From contig CAYNTH010000003.1 in assembly GCA_964400475.1 (NCBI GenBank), forward strand, positions 3,283 through 67,282: 64,000 bases of DNA. Direction: 5' to 3'. The translations under genes were made by a program, and so were the position numbers. Below are positions 1 through 8,384 of this stretch, in pieces. Within the stretch, counting starts at the first letter, position 1; every line of letters begins with the position of its first letter. The notes beneath the pieces are model-generated. The model was not told the origin of the DNA, did not search any database, and worked only from the letters and a program-made list of their open reading frames with translations. The DNA is from an uncultured archaeon (GTDB lineage Archaea > Aenigmatarchaeota > Aenigmatarchaeia > CG10238-14 > SCSR01).

Positions 1-205
1 TTATTAATGAAGAATATATCTTTTCACCGAATCTTATCTGACATGGTACACTCCCACCCCTTTGGGATAACCCGTGAAGTTCCGACATCTTAACATCGTA
101 ACCCTCCTTTAGTGCAGCTTCTGATATGATTCCGCCCAATGTCAATATACCTTGACCACCGACTCCCACAACTACAACATTAAATTCTTTACAATCCCTT
201 GTCAT
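1..205 (-). CDS. iorB: Indolepyruvate:ferredoxin oxidoreductase beta subunit, N-terminal part (gene runs off the window start)
   Basis: Not in the ORF track because it is truncated. Reverse translation from the ATG at 205..203 gives MTRDCKEFNVVVVGVGGQGILTLGGIISEAALKEGYDVKMSELHGLSQRGGSV, with the GxGGQG loop typical of IorB/gamma-type 2-oxoacid:Fd oxidoreductase subunits. It starts 9 nt after the iorA stop. Confidence 0.7.
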   Translation of the reverse strand, partial: MTRDCKEFNVVVVGVGGQGILTLGGIISEAALKEGYDVKMSELHGLSQRGGSVPCQIRFGEKIYSSLI

Positions 206-213
206 TCTAACAC

Positions 214-2112
214 CTAATCCTTCTTTGGTTTTATTTTACCCTTTTCAAACAATTTAACACATGAAGCACATCCCCAGCACATCGTACTGTCTATTTCGTA
301 GTTATCTTTTTCATCGGTTCTATATGCCGGGCACGCATATTCCTTGGCTATTTCTTTTTCATCATCAGTCAATTTTTCAGCGATTTCGAATTTTGGTATT
401 TTTATACCCTTTTTTCTCCTATCACGATAATCTAACAAATAACACTGCCTTTTAGCAACTATTACAGAAACTGTGTCATTATCCAAGAACTCTTTCACCG
501 TTTTTTCCATCTCTTCCATATCGAATGGATCAACCACCTTCACATGCTCCACACCACATGCCTTCACTATATCTTCAATTTTTATCTCCTTTGTCGGGTC
601 ACCCCTTCCAGTAACCCCTGTTCCCGGATGTGGCTGATGTCCAGTCATAGCCGTTATCCTGTTGTCCATTACAACGACCAACGCATTCGATTTATTGACG
701 ACCATATTTATCAGTGGTGGTATTCCCGCATGGAAGAATGTCGAATCTCCTAAAAATGTTATAACCTTTTGTTCGTTGCCTGTTTCATTTACGGCCTTCT
801 TAATACCGTGGCCGATTCCTTCGCTCGCACCCATGGAGATTATGTAATCTTGTGTTTCGAACGGTGGGAAAATCCCCAGTATGTAACACCCTATGTCCCC
901 TCCGAATACGGCGTCTTCACCTGCTGCTTTTTTGACAGCGTAGAACGTTGCTCTATGCGGACATCCCGGACAAAATACCGGGAATCTTCTAGGCATCTCG
1001 ATTTTAGAGTATTTGTCCATGTGTGAATCATAATCGAAATCCAATTCTTTTTCCAATGCTTTGCCGAGTGCCTTCAATACGATTTCTGTTGTATATTCGC
1101 CTGCGGTTGGGAAGTACTTCTCGTCTGGATTCCTTTTGCCGATTATCTTTAAGTCTGGATTTACTTCTCTTGCCAGGATGTTTATTTCCTTTTCCATAAC
1201 AGGTTCCAGTTCTTCAACAACCATCAGGGTTTCCAAATCCTTTATGAATTCCTTTATTCTGTTTTCAGGTAATGGGAACGTCATTCCCAGTTTGAGAACA
1301 GGTAGTTCTATATCCAAGTCATTCATCGCATCCATTATGTAATTGAATGATACACCGGATGTTATTACACCGAACTTATCGTTGGCACCCTCATTTACTA
1401 TCCTGTTAATTTCGTGTTCTTCGAACATCTTCCTAATATCGTCGGTTCTTTTGATAACATCTTTGTGCATTTGGATTACTTTTGGTGGAAGGTTATTGTA
1501 TTTGTCAATATCTTTTACGAATTCCGCCTTCCTATCACCTTTTTCGATATCGTCAAATTCGACTATTCCCCTTGTATGGCTCACTCTAGTAGTCAATCTT
1601 ATAAAAACGGGTGTCTTGAATTTCTCGGATAAATCAAACGCGATTTTAACAAAATCTATACATTCTTGAGAATTGGACGGTTCCAGCATGGGGATATAAG
1701 TCAATCTTGAGTAACATCTACTGTCCTGCTCGCTCTGTGCACTGCTCCATCCATTCGGGTCATCTGAGAACGCTATTACAAATCCACCTTCCACACCAAC
1801 GTAACTCACCGGTGCTACGGAGTCGGCTGCTACATTTAATCCGAAATGTTTGAAAGCCACCATTGATCTGATTCCGGAGAATGCCGCGCCAGCAGCGGAT
1901 TCGAACGCAACTTTCTCATTCGTACTGTATTCAAAATAAACACCAGCGTCTTTCGCTATCTTAGAAAACGTGTCTCCTATTTCGCTTGCAGGGGTCCCAG
2001 GATATGTTGATGCATATTGTACACCCGATTCCAACGCACCCCTAACTATTGCCTCGTTGCCTAGAAGTATGGACTTTCCCCCACTTTTCCCAGAATAAAC
2101 CTCTGCACTCAT
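214..2112 (-). CDS. iorA: Indolepyruvate:ferredoxin oxidoreductase alpha subunit
   Basis: 632 aa. TPP-binding region (GDSTFFHAGIPPLIN), CPGCPH motif and a C-terminal Cys cluster (CWGCASCVK). Length and the iorA-iorB order fit. Confidence 0.85.
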   Translation of the reverse strand: MSAEVYSGKSGGKSILLGNEAIVRGALESGVQYASTYPGTPASEIGDTFSKIAKDAGVYFEYSTNEKVAFESAAGAAFSGIRSMVAFKHFGLNVAADSVAPVSYVGVEGGFVIAFSDDPNGWSSAQSEQDSRCYSRLTYIPMLEPSNSQECIDFVKIAFDLSEKFKTPVFIRLTTRVSHTRGIVEFDDIEKGDRKAEFVKDIDKYNNLPPKVIQMHKDVIKRTDDIRKMFEEHEINRIVNEGANDKFGVITSGVSFNYIMDAMNDLDIELPVLKLGMTFPLPENRIKEFIKDLETLMVVEELEPVMEKEINILAREVNPDLKIIGKRNPDEKYFPTAGEYTTEIVLKALGKALEKELDFDYDSHMDKYSKIEMPRRFPVFCPGCPHRATFYAVKKAAGEDAVFGGDIGCYILGIFPPFETQDYIISMGASEGIGHGIKKAVNETGNEQKVITFLGDSTFFHAGIPPLINMVVNKSNALVVVMDNRITAMTGHQPHPGTGVTGRGDPTKEIKIEDIVKACGVEHVKVVDPFDMEEMEKTVKEFLDNDTVSVIVAKRQCYLLDYRDRRKKGIKIPKFEIAEKLTDDEKEIAKEYACPAYRTDEKDNYEIDSTMCWGCASCVKLFEKGKIKPKKD

Positions 2113-2201
2113 TATATCACAGTGTTATATTTTTATGTAAACTACAAACTTAAGTTTAACTGTCTTTGAAAAGTTTTATCCCCCGAATACCAATAATTCT
2201 T

Positions 2202-2471
2202 ATGAATATTAGAATATCCGCGACTTACGAAGGAGTCTGTGATATATGCGGCAAAGAGAAGTCTGTTTTTACTGCAGGAGACGAGGATAGTAAGAAGGTC
2301 GTTACTTTGTGCAAGGATTGCGTGAATTCGTTGGGTGACATGAAAACATCTGACGTAATTGAAAAACATGGTAAGATAAATGAAGACATATTCAAAGACA
2401 GCGGGATGAAAATCAAGGGTATAGAGAAATTGCAGGAAGAGATGGATAAATTAAAGAAGAAAGACGATTAG
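2202..2471 (+). CDS. Small CxxC...CxxC zinc-ribbon protein, hypothetical
   Basis: The track ORF is 2166..2471; an internal ATG at 2202 (MNIRISATYEGVCDICGKEK...LCKDCVNSL) is the more plausible start. Two CxxC pairs and a charged tail. Confidence 0.4.
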   Translation: MNIRISATYEGVCDICGKEKSVFTAGDEDSKKVVTLCKDCVNSLGDMKTSDVIEKHGKINEDIFKDSGMKIKGIEKLQEEMDKLKKKDD

Positions 2472-2528
2472 TAATAGCGGAAATGAGCATACTCAATTGT
2501 TATATTTTTCATTGCATAATATGATTTC

Positions 2529-3707
2529 GTGAAAGTAGATTATAGTAAGACCCTGGACAAGGTAAAATTTTGGAAGGACGTTGTGGAAAACGTTAAGGAT
2601 TTCACTGGCACGAGTCCGCCATCCGTTTTTTGTGGCAGTTATGGGTATCCGAAGGTCTATCTGGGTGTTCTTTCACCAACCACTCACAAGGAATCGAATC
2701 AAGCGGAGATACTCGATTCCCCGGAAAAATGGTACGAGTCGGGCGCATCCATAGACGATATACTCAACTTTCGGGGTCAGATGGTATATTCGAGATTTGT
2801 TTCACCTGTCAAAAGACCATCGAGTAAGTTGGTCGATATAACACAGGAAATTGCGATGTCCAAGAGACCGGCAGATGTTGAGATAGAGTTGAAAAAACGT
2901 CCAAGATTCAACATGGATTTCAACCACTGGTCAAAACCAATAAGCAATCCTGCTCCAATCGATAAGATAAGACTGACCGAAAATGTCAATATCGAGAGAA
3001 AGGTCGATTACCTCGTTTCTGATACTGATCTTAAGGCAAACAATGCGATAGTCCGTTTATATGATTATGGCGTTCCAGTGAGTAGGATACAGAAAATATT
3101 TTCTTCTGGTTTATTGGGTGTTAGGGTTCAGAGGAAGTTGGTCCCTACGAGATGGTCTATAACGGCCGTTGACGATACTCTGAGCAAATCTATAATTAAC
3201 AATGTTAAAAAATACAGACAATTGGACGAATTCCGATTATTCCACAATGAATATCTTGGTAATCATTATGAAGTGATTCTTATACCTGGATCGTATGAAT
3301 ACGAACTTGTTGAATCATGGAATGTTGATTCTCCATGGCCCAAGTTCGGAGCGGACTATGAGAAATATGGTTTCAGGAAAAAATATGCGAGTAGTACGCA
3401 TGGTGCTTTTTACAGTGGTAGATTAGCTGTTGGTGAATACCTGGATAAGATAAAAAGACAATCGATGGCATTGATAGTCCGTGAAGTCCTACCAGAATAT
3501 TATGCACCGGTCGGTATATGGCAATTGAGGGAATCCGTGAGAGATGCTTTTAACAAACCGTTCGAGAAATTCTATACACTCGGCGATGCGATAAATAGGG
3601 TATGCTCCAGATTGAATATAGGGGATAAATGGGTATCTAAGAGCAAATTATTGAAGAACCTGCGCGAACAGACTAGGATAAGGCAATTCCTTAAGCCAAC
3701 TATTTAA
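2529..3707 (+). CDS. Archaeal Nre-family DNA repair protein (Nre_N/Nre_C, DUF650/651-like)
   Basis: 392 aa. N-terminal TSPPSVFCGSYGYPKVYLGVLSP matches the Nre signature as I recall it. The C-terminus carries a PIP-box-like QTRIRQFL. GTG start. Confidence 0.6.
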   Translation: MKVDYSKTLDKVKFWKDVVENVKDFTGTSPPSVFCGSYGYPKVYLGVLSPTTHKESNQAEILDSPEKWYESGASIDDILNFRGQMVYSRFVSPVKRPSSKLVDITQEIAMSKRPADVEIELKKRPRFNMDFNHWSKPISNPAPIDKIRLTENVNIERKVDYLVSDTDLKANNAIVRLYDYGVPVSRIQKIFSSGLLGVRVQRKLVPTRWSITAVDDTLSKSIINNVKKYRQLDEFRLFHNEYLGNHYEVILIPGSYEYELVESWNVDSPWPKFGADYEKYGFRKKYASSTHGAFYSGRLAVGEYLDKIKRQSMALIVREVLPEYYAPVGIWQLRESVRDAFNKPFEKFYTLGDAINRVCSRLNIGDKWVSKSKLLKNLREQTRIRQFLKPTI

Positions 3708-3731
3708 TATATTGAAAACAACTTTATTTTT

Positions 3732-4016
3732 ATGAAAACCATCAACTCCAAGATAAAATACAAGAAGGATGCTTCTAGATGGGAGCTCTTAGTTAGATTA
3801 ATATATGCTATACCAATTGCCGTAGTGATTTGGATATTTTCGTTGGTAATGGGTGTGGTGCTCTTTGTACAATGGTTCCACATACTGTTATTGGGTGAGA
3901 GGCACAAATCATTGCACAATCTGATATCGACATATCTAATCTACGTTTTCAGGGTAAGGACTTATCTTAATTTGGGTACCGATGAGAGACCACCCATTGT
4001 GCCAGAAGAATTTTAG
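3732..4016 (+). CDS. DUF4389-like two-TM membrane protein
   Basis: 94 aa. The pattern RWELLVRLIYAIPIAVV...WFHILLLGERHKSLHNLISTYLIYVFRVRTYLNLGTDERPP resembles DUF4389. Confidence 0.5.
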   Translation: MKTINSKIKYKKDASRWELLVRLIYAIPIAVVIWIFSLVMGVVLFVQWFHILLLGERHKSLHNLISTYLIYVFRVRTYLNLGTDERPPIVPEEF

Positions 4017-4099
4017 TCGGTGGACCTCTTTTTTTTAGTTTTATTTACTACCTCTAGTCCTATATTAAATGATTGTATACCATTTATCAAAATTGAAAT

Positions 4100-4555
4100 A
4101 TGGAAAAAATCTTTTTTGCCCTATTTGTTGTCTTGTTGGGTGTTGGAGTATTCATTTATTATCCAGATGATAAACAATCGAATTGTTCTGGGTCGGCGAA
4201 ATGTTTCAGTGGACAATTGGATAAAATAATAGACGGCGACACCATAATGATCGGTGGTGAATTGATAAGGCTTTCTTTAGTGAACACACCGGAGAAATCT
4301 GATATCGGGTACAACGAATCAATAAGATTTGTTGAATCTGTCTGTCCGGTGGGAAGCGAAGTTTTGGTCGACGAAGACGATCTGCAGATATCCAGAAGTC
4401 ATAGGAGGATAGTGGCTGTTGTCTATTGTGGGGAAAAAATGATCAATCTAAATGAATATCTTCTAGACAACGGTCATGGGGAGATATTGGATATTTATTG
4501 TGATAAAAGCGAATTTTCAAACGACGAATGGGTTAAATCATCGGGCATCTGTTAG
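4100..4555 (+). CDS. Secreted or membrane-anchored staphylococcal-nuclease-like thermonuclease
   Basis: N-terminal hydrophobic segment followed by IIDGDTIMIGGELIRLSLVNTPE, the SNase DGDT...TPE motif. Confidence 0.7.
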   Translation: MEKIFFALFVVLLGVGVFIYYPDDKQSNCSGSAKCFSGQLDKIIDGDTIMIGGELIRLSLVNTPEKSDIGYNESIRFVESVCPVGSEVLVDEDDLQISRSHRRIVAVVYCGEKMINLNEYLLDNGHGEILDIYCDKSEFSNDEWVKSSGIC

Positions 4556-4556
4556 G

Positions 4557-4733
4557 CTATTTTTCGGATTTCTTCTTTTTGGCATTCTTTTTTATGGTTT
4601 CAATTTTCCTAGGTTTGACATCGCCAAATTCTAGGACAGATTTACATTTTTTACAAGTTGGCAGTCCGTCTCTTATCATTATATTATCGAATTTCAATCT
4701 TCCATGTTTTGGACAATAGCATTTTGCTTTCAT
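4557..4733 (-). CDS. 58-aa zinc-ribbon protein with Lys-rich tail (below ORF-track cutoff)
   Basis: Manual translation: MKAKCYCPKHGRLKFDNIMIRDGLPTCKKCKSVLEFGDVKPRKIETIKKNAKKKKSEK. It fills an otherwise empty gap. Confidence 0.35.
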   Translation of the reverse strand: MKAKCYCPKHGRLKFDNIMIRDGLPTCKKCKSVLEFGDVKPRKIETIKKNAKKKKSEK

Positions 4734-4774
4734 ATCGTAAATCTCCTTAAAATTTAGAAATTATGCGGATTCAA

Positions 4775-5200
4775 CTATCCACCAGTATGCCCTGGGATCT
4801 TCATTGAAATCAAGTTTGCAATACTTGCCACTAGTTTGGGTTCCACGACTACAATGTCACTTGCCGTTACTATGCCTTTGAGTTTTCCATCCTCCACTAC
4901 GGGCAGTTTCTTTATTTTGTTCTCTATCATCAGATTAACTGCGTTTTCTATATTCTCGTCCGGTTTAATCGTTACAACCTTCCTAGTCATTATATCGCTT
5001 ATTTTGGTATCTTCTGGGGCCATGCCTTTTGCAACAGATTCTAGGACATTCCTCTCAGTGATTATACCTGCTATTTCAGTCCCTTCTAGAACAACAAGAC
5101 TCCCTATTTTATATTTACTCATTACCTCGGATGCTTCCTTTATTGTCGCTCCCGATTTCGCTACTACAACATTCTTATTCATAACATCTTTTACTAACAT
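4775..5200 (-). CDS. CBS domain pair protein
   Basis: 141 aa with two CBS repeats (VMNKNVVVAKSGATIKEA... and IMTRKVVTIKPDENIENA...KKLPVVEDGKLKGIVTASDI). Confidence 0.75.
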   Translation of the reverse strand: MLVKDVMNKNVVVAKSGATIKEASEVMSKYKIGSLVVLEGTEIAGIITERNVLESVAKGMAPEDTKISDIMTRKVVTIKPDENIENAVNLMIENKIKKLPVVEDGKLKGIVTASDIVVVEPKLVASIANLISMKIPGHTGG

Positions 5201-5323
5201 TAAAAATAATTTTATTATTTCATACTATTAAATCTAAGCATCCCGAAAATGTCTAGTATTATAGAGAAATTAATTTAACTCAGTATAACAAATATTAAGG
5301 TACAGGAACGGTGGGAGTTTTTA

Positions 5324-5581
5324 ATGGGTCAAATCGATGATGTTTTGGGCGTCCTGCGGGACATGAAAAAAAGAAACGACGGGCCACTGTCGCTTCAAAA
5401 AATATTCAAATCTCTTATAGACGAAGGTATATGTGATTCCAGTAAATCGGTTTCAGAATGTCTTAAGAAGTTAAGCATATCAGGTAAGATAAAGACGCTC
5501 AATGCTGGTGTGAACATAGAATTATTGGAGGAAGTTAAGGTAAACTATGTTCAATCTTCGCTCTTGTCGTTAGACAAATGA
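5324..5581 (+). CDS. Hypothetical small protein (possible winged helix)
   Basis: 85-aa ORF. Its 3' end overlaps the next gene convergently. No diagnostic motif. Confidence 0.35.
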   Translation: MGQIDDVLGVLRDMKKRNDGPLSLQKIFKSLIDEGICDSSKSVSECLKKLSISGKIKTLNAGVNIELLEEVKVNYVQSSLLSLDK

Positions 5582-6387
5582 TCGCCTTTCTCTTCTTTAT
5601 TCTTATAGAATTGTAGGCCATAACCAGTTATTGTTAATAGTGCTCCTATTGAGAATACTAATAATAGGTTGTCCATAATCGGATTAAGTATATTTCCGAT
5701 TATGGGTGTGAAATCTATGCCCAGTTCGGACATGGTTTGTTGTGTATCTGGTGAGATTTTTGATATCATATAATCCCTAGAGAACGTTAGTATGAAATAT
5801 GATGAGCCAACGAATAACATCGAAAATCCCAGCGACTTTAGTTTAGATTCTATTTTTTTCGCAGACGTTATTATCAGTATACCACCGAGTGCTGTACCGA
5901 TGAAAAGATATTTTTGTATATTTACAAAGAAGTCATGTCCTTTCGCAGACATTATTATTGATGGCTTTCCCGTTAGTATGCATCCAAGGAACGAACAGTC
6001 GTATTCCTTGTAGTATGTTTCGTCGAAGAACGATGCAATCAACATATTTTTGACATCGGTTTTCATCTGGGTGTTGTTGTCTGCATTTATTGATCTCACA
6101 TCATCACATTTGATGGTTATAGTGTCGCTCTCGTCTTCACTTATTGGTAGGGTTATCCAATCTTTGCCCTCGCACATCATCAACAGAATTTCATATCCCT
6201 GTGTGGGATCTATTTGGGATGTTATGTCCGTGTTTTCCATTTGTGGACCTAGAATGTTGATAAAAATAGATTTCATGTTGTTGTATTTTGTGAATTCTAT
6301 AAAACCGGTTGACATAAGTGACGCAGTCAATAATGTAGTAAAGAGTATGACCCCCAATGCTTTGCCAAATGATCTTAGTATACTCAT
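5551..6387 (-). CDS. Hypothetical membrane protein
   Basis: 278 aa. N-terminal TM, a central soluble region with Cys residues, several C-terminal TM segments and an acidic tail. Confidence 0.5.
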   Translation of the reverse strand: MSILRSFGKALGVILFTTLLTASLMSTGFIEFTKYNNMKSIFINILGPQMENTDITSQIDPTQGYEILLMMCEGKDWITLPISEDESDTITIKCDDVRSINADNNTQMKTDVKNMLIASFFDETYYKEYDCSFLGCILTGKPSIIMSAKGHDFFVNIQKYLFIGTALGGILIITSAKKIESKLKSLGFSMLFVGSSYFILTFSRDYMISKISPDTQQTMSELGIDFTPIIGNILNPIMDNLLLVFSIGALLTITGYGLQFYKNKEEKGDHLSNDKSED

Positions 6388-6422
6388 ATATATTCTTAGA
6401 GAATTTTCCTTAATAATTATTC

Positions 6423-7298
6423 TTAAACAAGCTTTTTCAATTTCTCTGTATTTTGCCCTTCTTGTAATATCATTTCTCTCTCGATTAATTTCTTTGTTTG
6501 GGGCATTTGTATCCTGCTACTAGTTGATTCAAATATTTTATTTTTTATCCTGTAGAATGTCTGTTCAAACCTGTTGGGCGGTTCATATTTTTCTCCACTT
6601 AGGTTCGCCGCTAATTTCATGAACCCTATTGTCGCCGGAGAAACCGGACTGTAGTTGACTATCGGCGTGTTCATAACAATGCTTTTGTCGAGTCTATCAT
6701 CGAACGGTATTTCACCCACTATCGGGATATTCATAACATCCTGTATGGCGTTATTGAAAAGTTCATGGCTATCACCAGTCACCATATTCAGTATCACACC
6801 AGCTTTCTTATCGCCCATCTGTTTTAATACATTTACGGACCTTATAACATCATTGACAACTGGCACGAATGGCGTTGTCACGAACAATAATTCATTTGCA
6901 GAATGCAGGACGCATATTGCTTCCCTCCCTAGACCAGGGGCGGAGTCCAATATTATATAATCATATTCATCCGGATTGATTGTTTTTTGAATCGTCTTTT
7001 TGAAAAGTCTTAAATCGACCCCGATTAAATCCTGGAGTTTCAAGGATGATGGGATGAATCTCACGCCATCATAATTGTAAATTGCATCTTCTGGTTCTAC
7101 CCGGTCAGCGATTATATCGTTAAGGGTGTATTGGTAGTTGTTCACACCGAGATAATAGCTCAGATGTGGAGTTGAGAGATTGCAGTCTACCAGTAGAACT
7201 TTTTCATCTAGTTTGTTTAACGCGATTGCCAAGTTCGCAGAAACAGTACTTTTACCAACGCCACCTTTGCCTGAAGATATACCTATTATTCTAGTCAA
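6423..7298 (-). CDS. minD: MinD/ParA-family P-loop ATPase
   Basis: Deviant Walker A SSGKGGVGKSTVSANLA; DSAPG switch region. Confidence 0.8.
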   Translation of the reverse strand: MTRIIGISSGKGGVGKSTVSANLAIALNKLDEKVLLVDCNLSTPHLSYYLGVNNYQYTLNDIIADRVEPEDAIYNYDGVRFIPSSLKLQDLIGVDLRLFKKTIQKTINPDEYDYIILDSAPGLGREAICVLHSANELLFVTTPFVPVVNDVIRSVNVLKQMGDKKAGVILNMVTGDSHELFNNAIQDVMNIPIVGEIPFDDRLDKSIVMNTPIVNYSPVSPATIGFMKLAANLSGEKYEPPNRFEQTFYRIKNKIFESTSSRIQMPQTKKLIEREMILQEGQNTEKLKKLV

Positions 7299-7499
7299 AT
7301 TATCACCTTGTCAATAGCCAGATAAATCGATTCTCGCTATATCATCCGCACTATTTTTAACCCCCTTTTTAAATAGATTTTACCGTACCTAACCCCGGTT
7401 AAACTTTAATTTAGGTTTTGCTTTAAATAAGCTTTTTGATTAAGAATATAATTAACAAAATTCAAATGATAGATTAGTTTTTGTTTTAGTTGATGATCG

Positions 7500-8135
7500 A
7501 TGGCGAGGAAAAATAGCTTTTTCTTCTACCAACCCATGGTAGTCAAGAAGCGCAGACGGAAAAAACCTAGATGGACAATCTTATTTATCGGGTTTTGTGT
7601 TTCTATGTTCTTCTTAGATTTATTTTTACCACTGTCGTCATATTTTGCATTTGTACCATCCCGTGTTTTGGAAGAACCATGGACCTTAATCACTTCCGTT
7701 TTTTTACACGCTGATATAGATCACCTATTTTTCAACATGTTCGCATTGTTCATTTTCGGTTTATATCTGGAGTCACGGGTTAAGGAGGAACAATTCTTGT
7801 TAATATTCTTCCTTGCAGGTATATTGGGTAATCTGGCGTATCTCCTTGTTTCACCTTCGAGTATCATACCAGCTGTTGGTGCGAGCGGGGCAATATATGG
7901 TGTTATGGGTACGCTCGCTGTTCTATATCCAGGACTAGTCGTATATTTTTTCGGAATAGCCCCGATGCCGATGATATTCGCTGCAGCTATCTGGGGTCTC
8001 ATGGAATTCACAGGAATGTTCGTGCCGTCGAATATATCCCACGAAGCCCACCTGGCAGGACTAATAATTGGCATGTTATATGGTCTCTACGTCAAGAGAG
8101 AAAGGAATAAGCTTGTGTTCTTTTGGGAAACATGA
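7500..8135 (+). CDS. Rhomboid-family intramembrane serine protease
   Basis: Multi-TM protein with the catalytic GASGAIYG motif and a downstream HLAG histidine. Confidence 0.8.
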   Translation: MARKNSFFFYQPMVVKKRRRKKPRWTILFIGFCVSMFFLDLFLPLSSYFAFVPSRVLEEPWTLITSVFLHADIDHLFFNMFALFIFGLYLESRVKEEQFLLIFFLAGILGNLAYLLVSPSSIIPAVGASGAIYGVMGTLAVLYPGLVVYFFGIAPMPMIFAAAIWGLMEFTGMFVPSNISHEAHLAGLIIGMLYGLYVKRERNKLVFFWET

Positions 8136-8157
8136 TATAGATTTAATTCTAAAGAAA

Positions 8158-8277
8158 CTATTCAGACTTCTTTTTCTTGCTTTTGGCGTACTTGCTCCGT
8201 TTGAAGCCCTTTTTGTAAGATTTGTACTTCTTTTTCTTCTTTTTCTTAGGCTCGTAATTTTTCCAATGTTCTTTCAT
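8158..8277 (-). CDS. Candidate 39-aa extremely basic micro-protein
   Basis: Manual translation: MKEHWKNYEPKKKKKKKYKSYKKGFKRSKYAKSKKKKSE, preceded by AAGGTGA 4 nt upstream of the ATG. Speculative. Confidence 0.2.
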   Translation of the reverse strand: MKEHWKNYEPKKKKKKKYKSYKKGFKRSKYAKSKKKKSE

Positions 8278-8286
8278 AAAATCACC

Positions 8287-8373
8287 TTATAATGAAAAAA
8301 TGGGACAAATCAAATTTAGCATTTTTTCTTCTTCGATTTCTTCTTTTTCTTCTTGGATTTGCATCCCATCCAT
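8287..8373 (-). CDS. Candidate 28-aa acidic micro-protein
   Basis: Manual translation: MDGMQIQEEKEEIEEEKMLNLICPIFSL, preceded by AAGGTGA. Speculative. Confidence 0.2.
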   Translation of the reverse strand: MDGMQIQEEKEEIEEEKMLNLICPIFSL

Positions 8374-8384
8374 GTTCACCTTAG

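Noticed and set aside
8068-8292. 74-aa plus-strand track ORF overlapping the end of the rhomboid gene.
   Set aside because: It starts inside the rhomboid CDS, is Leu/Phe low-complexity, and is the antisense of the Lys-codon-rich tract. The minus-strand micro-ORFs with SD motifs are the (weak) alternative.
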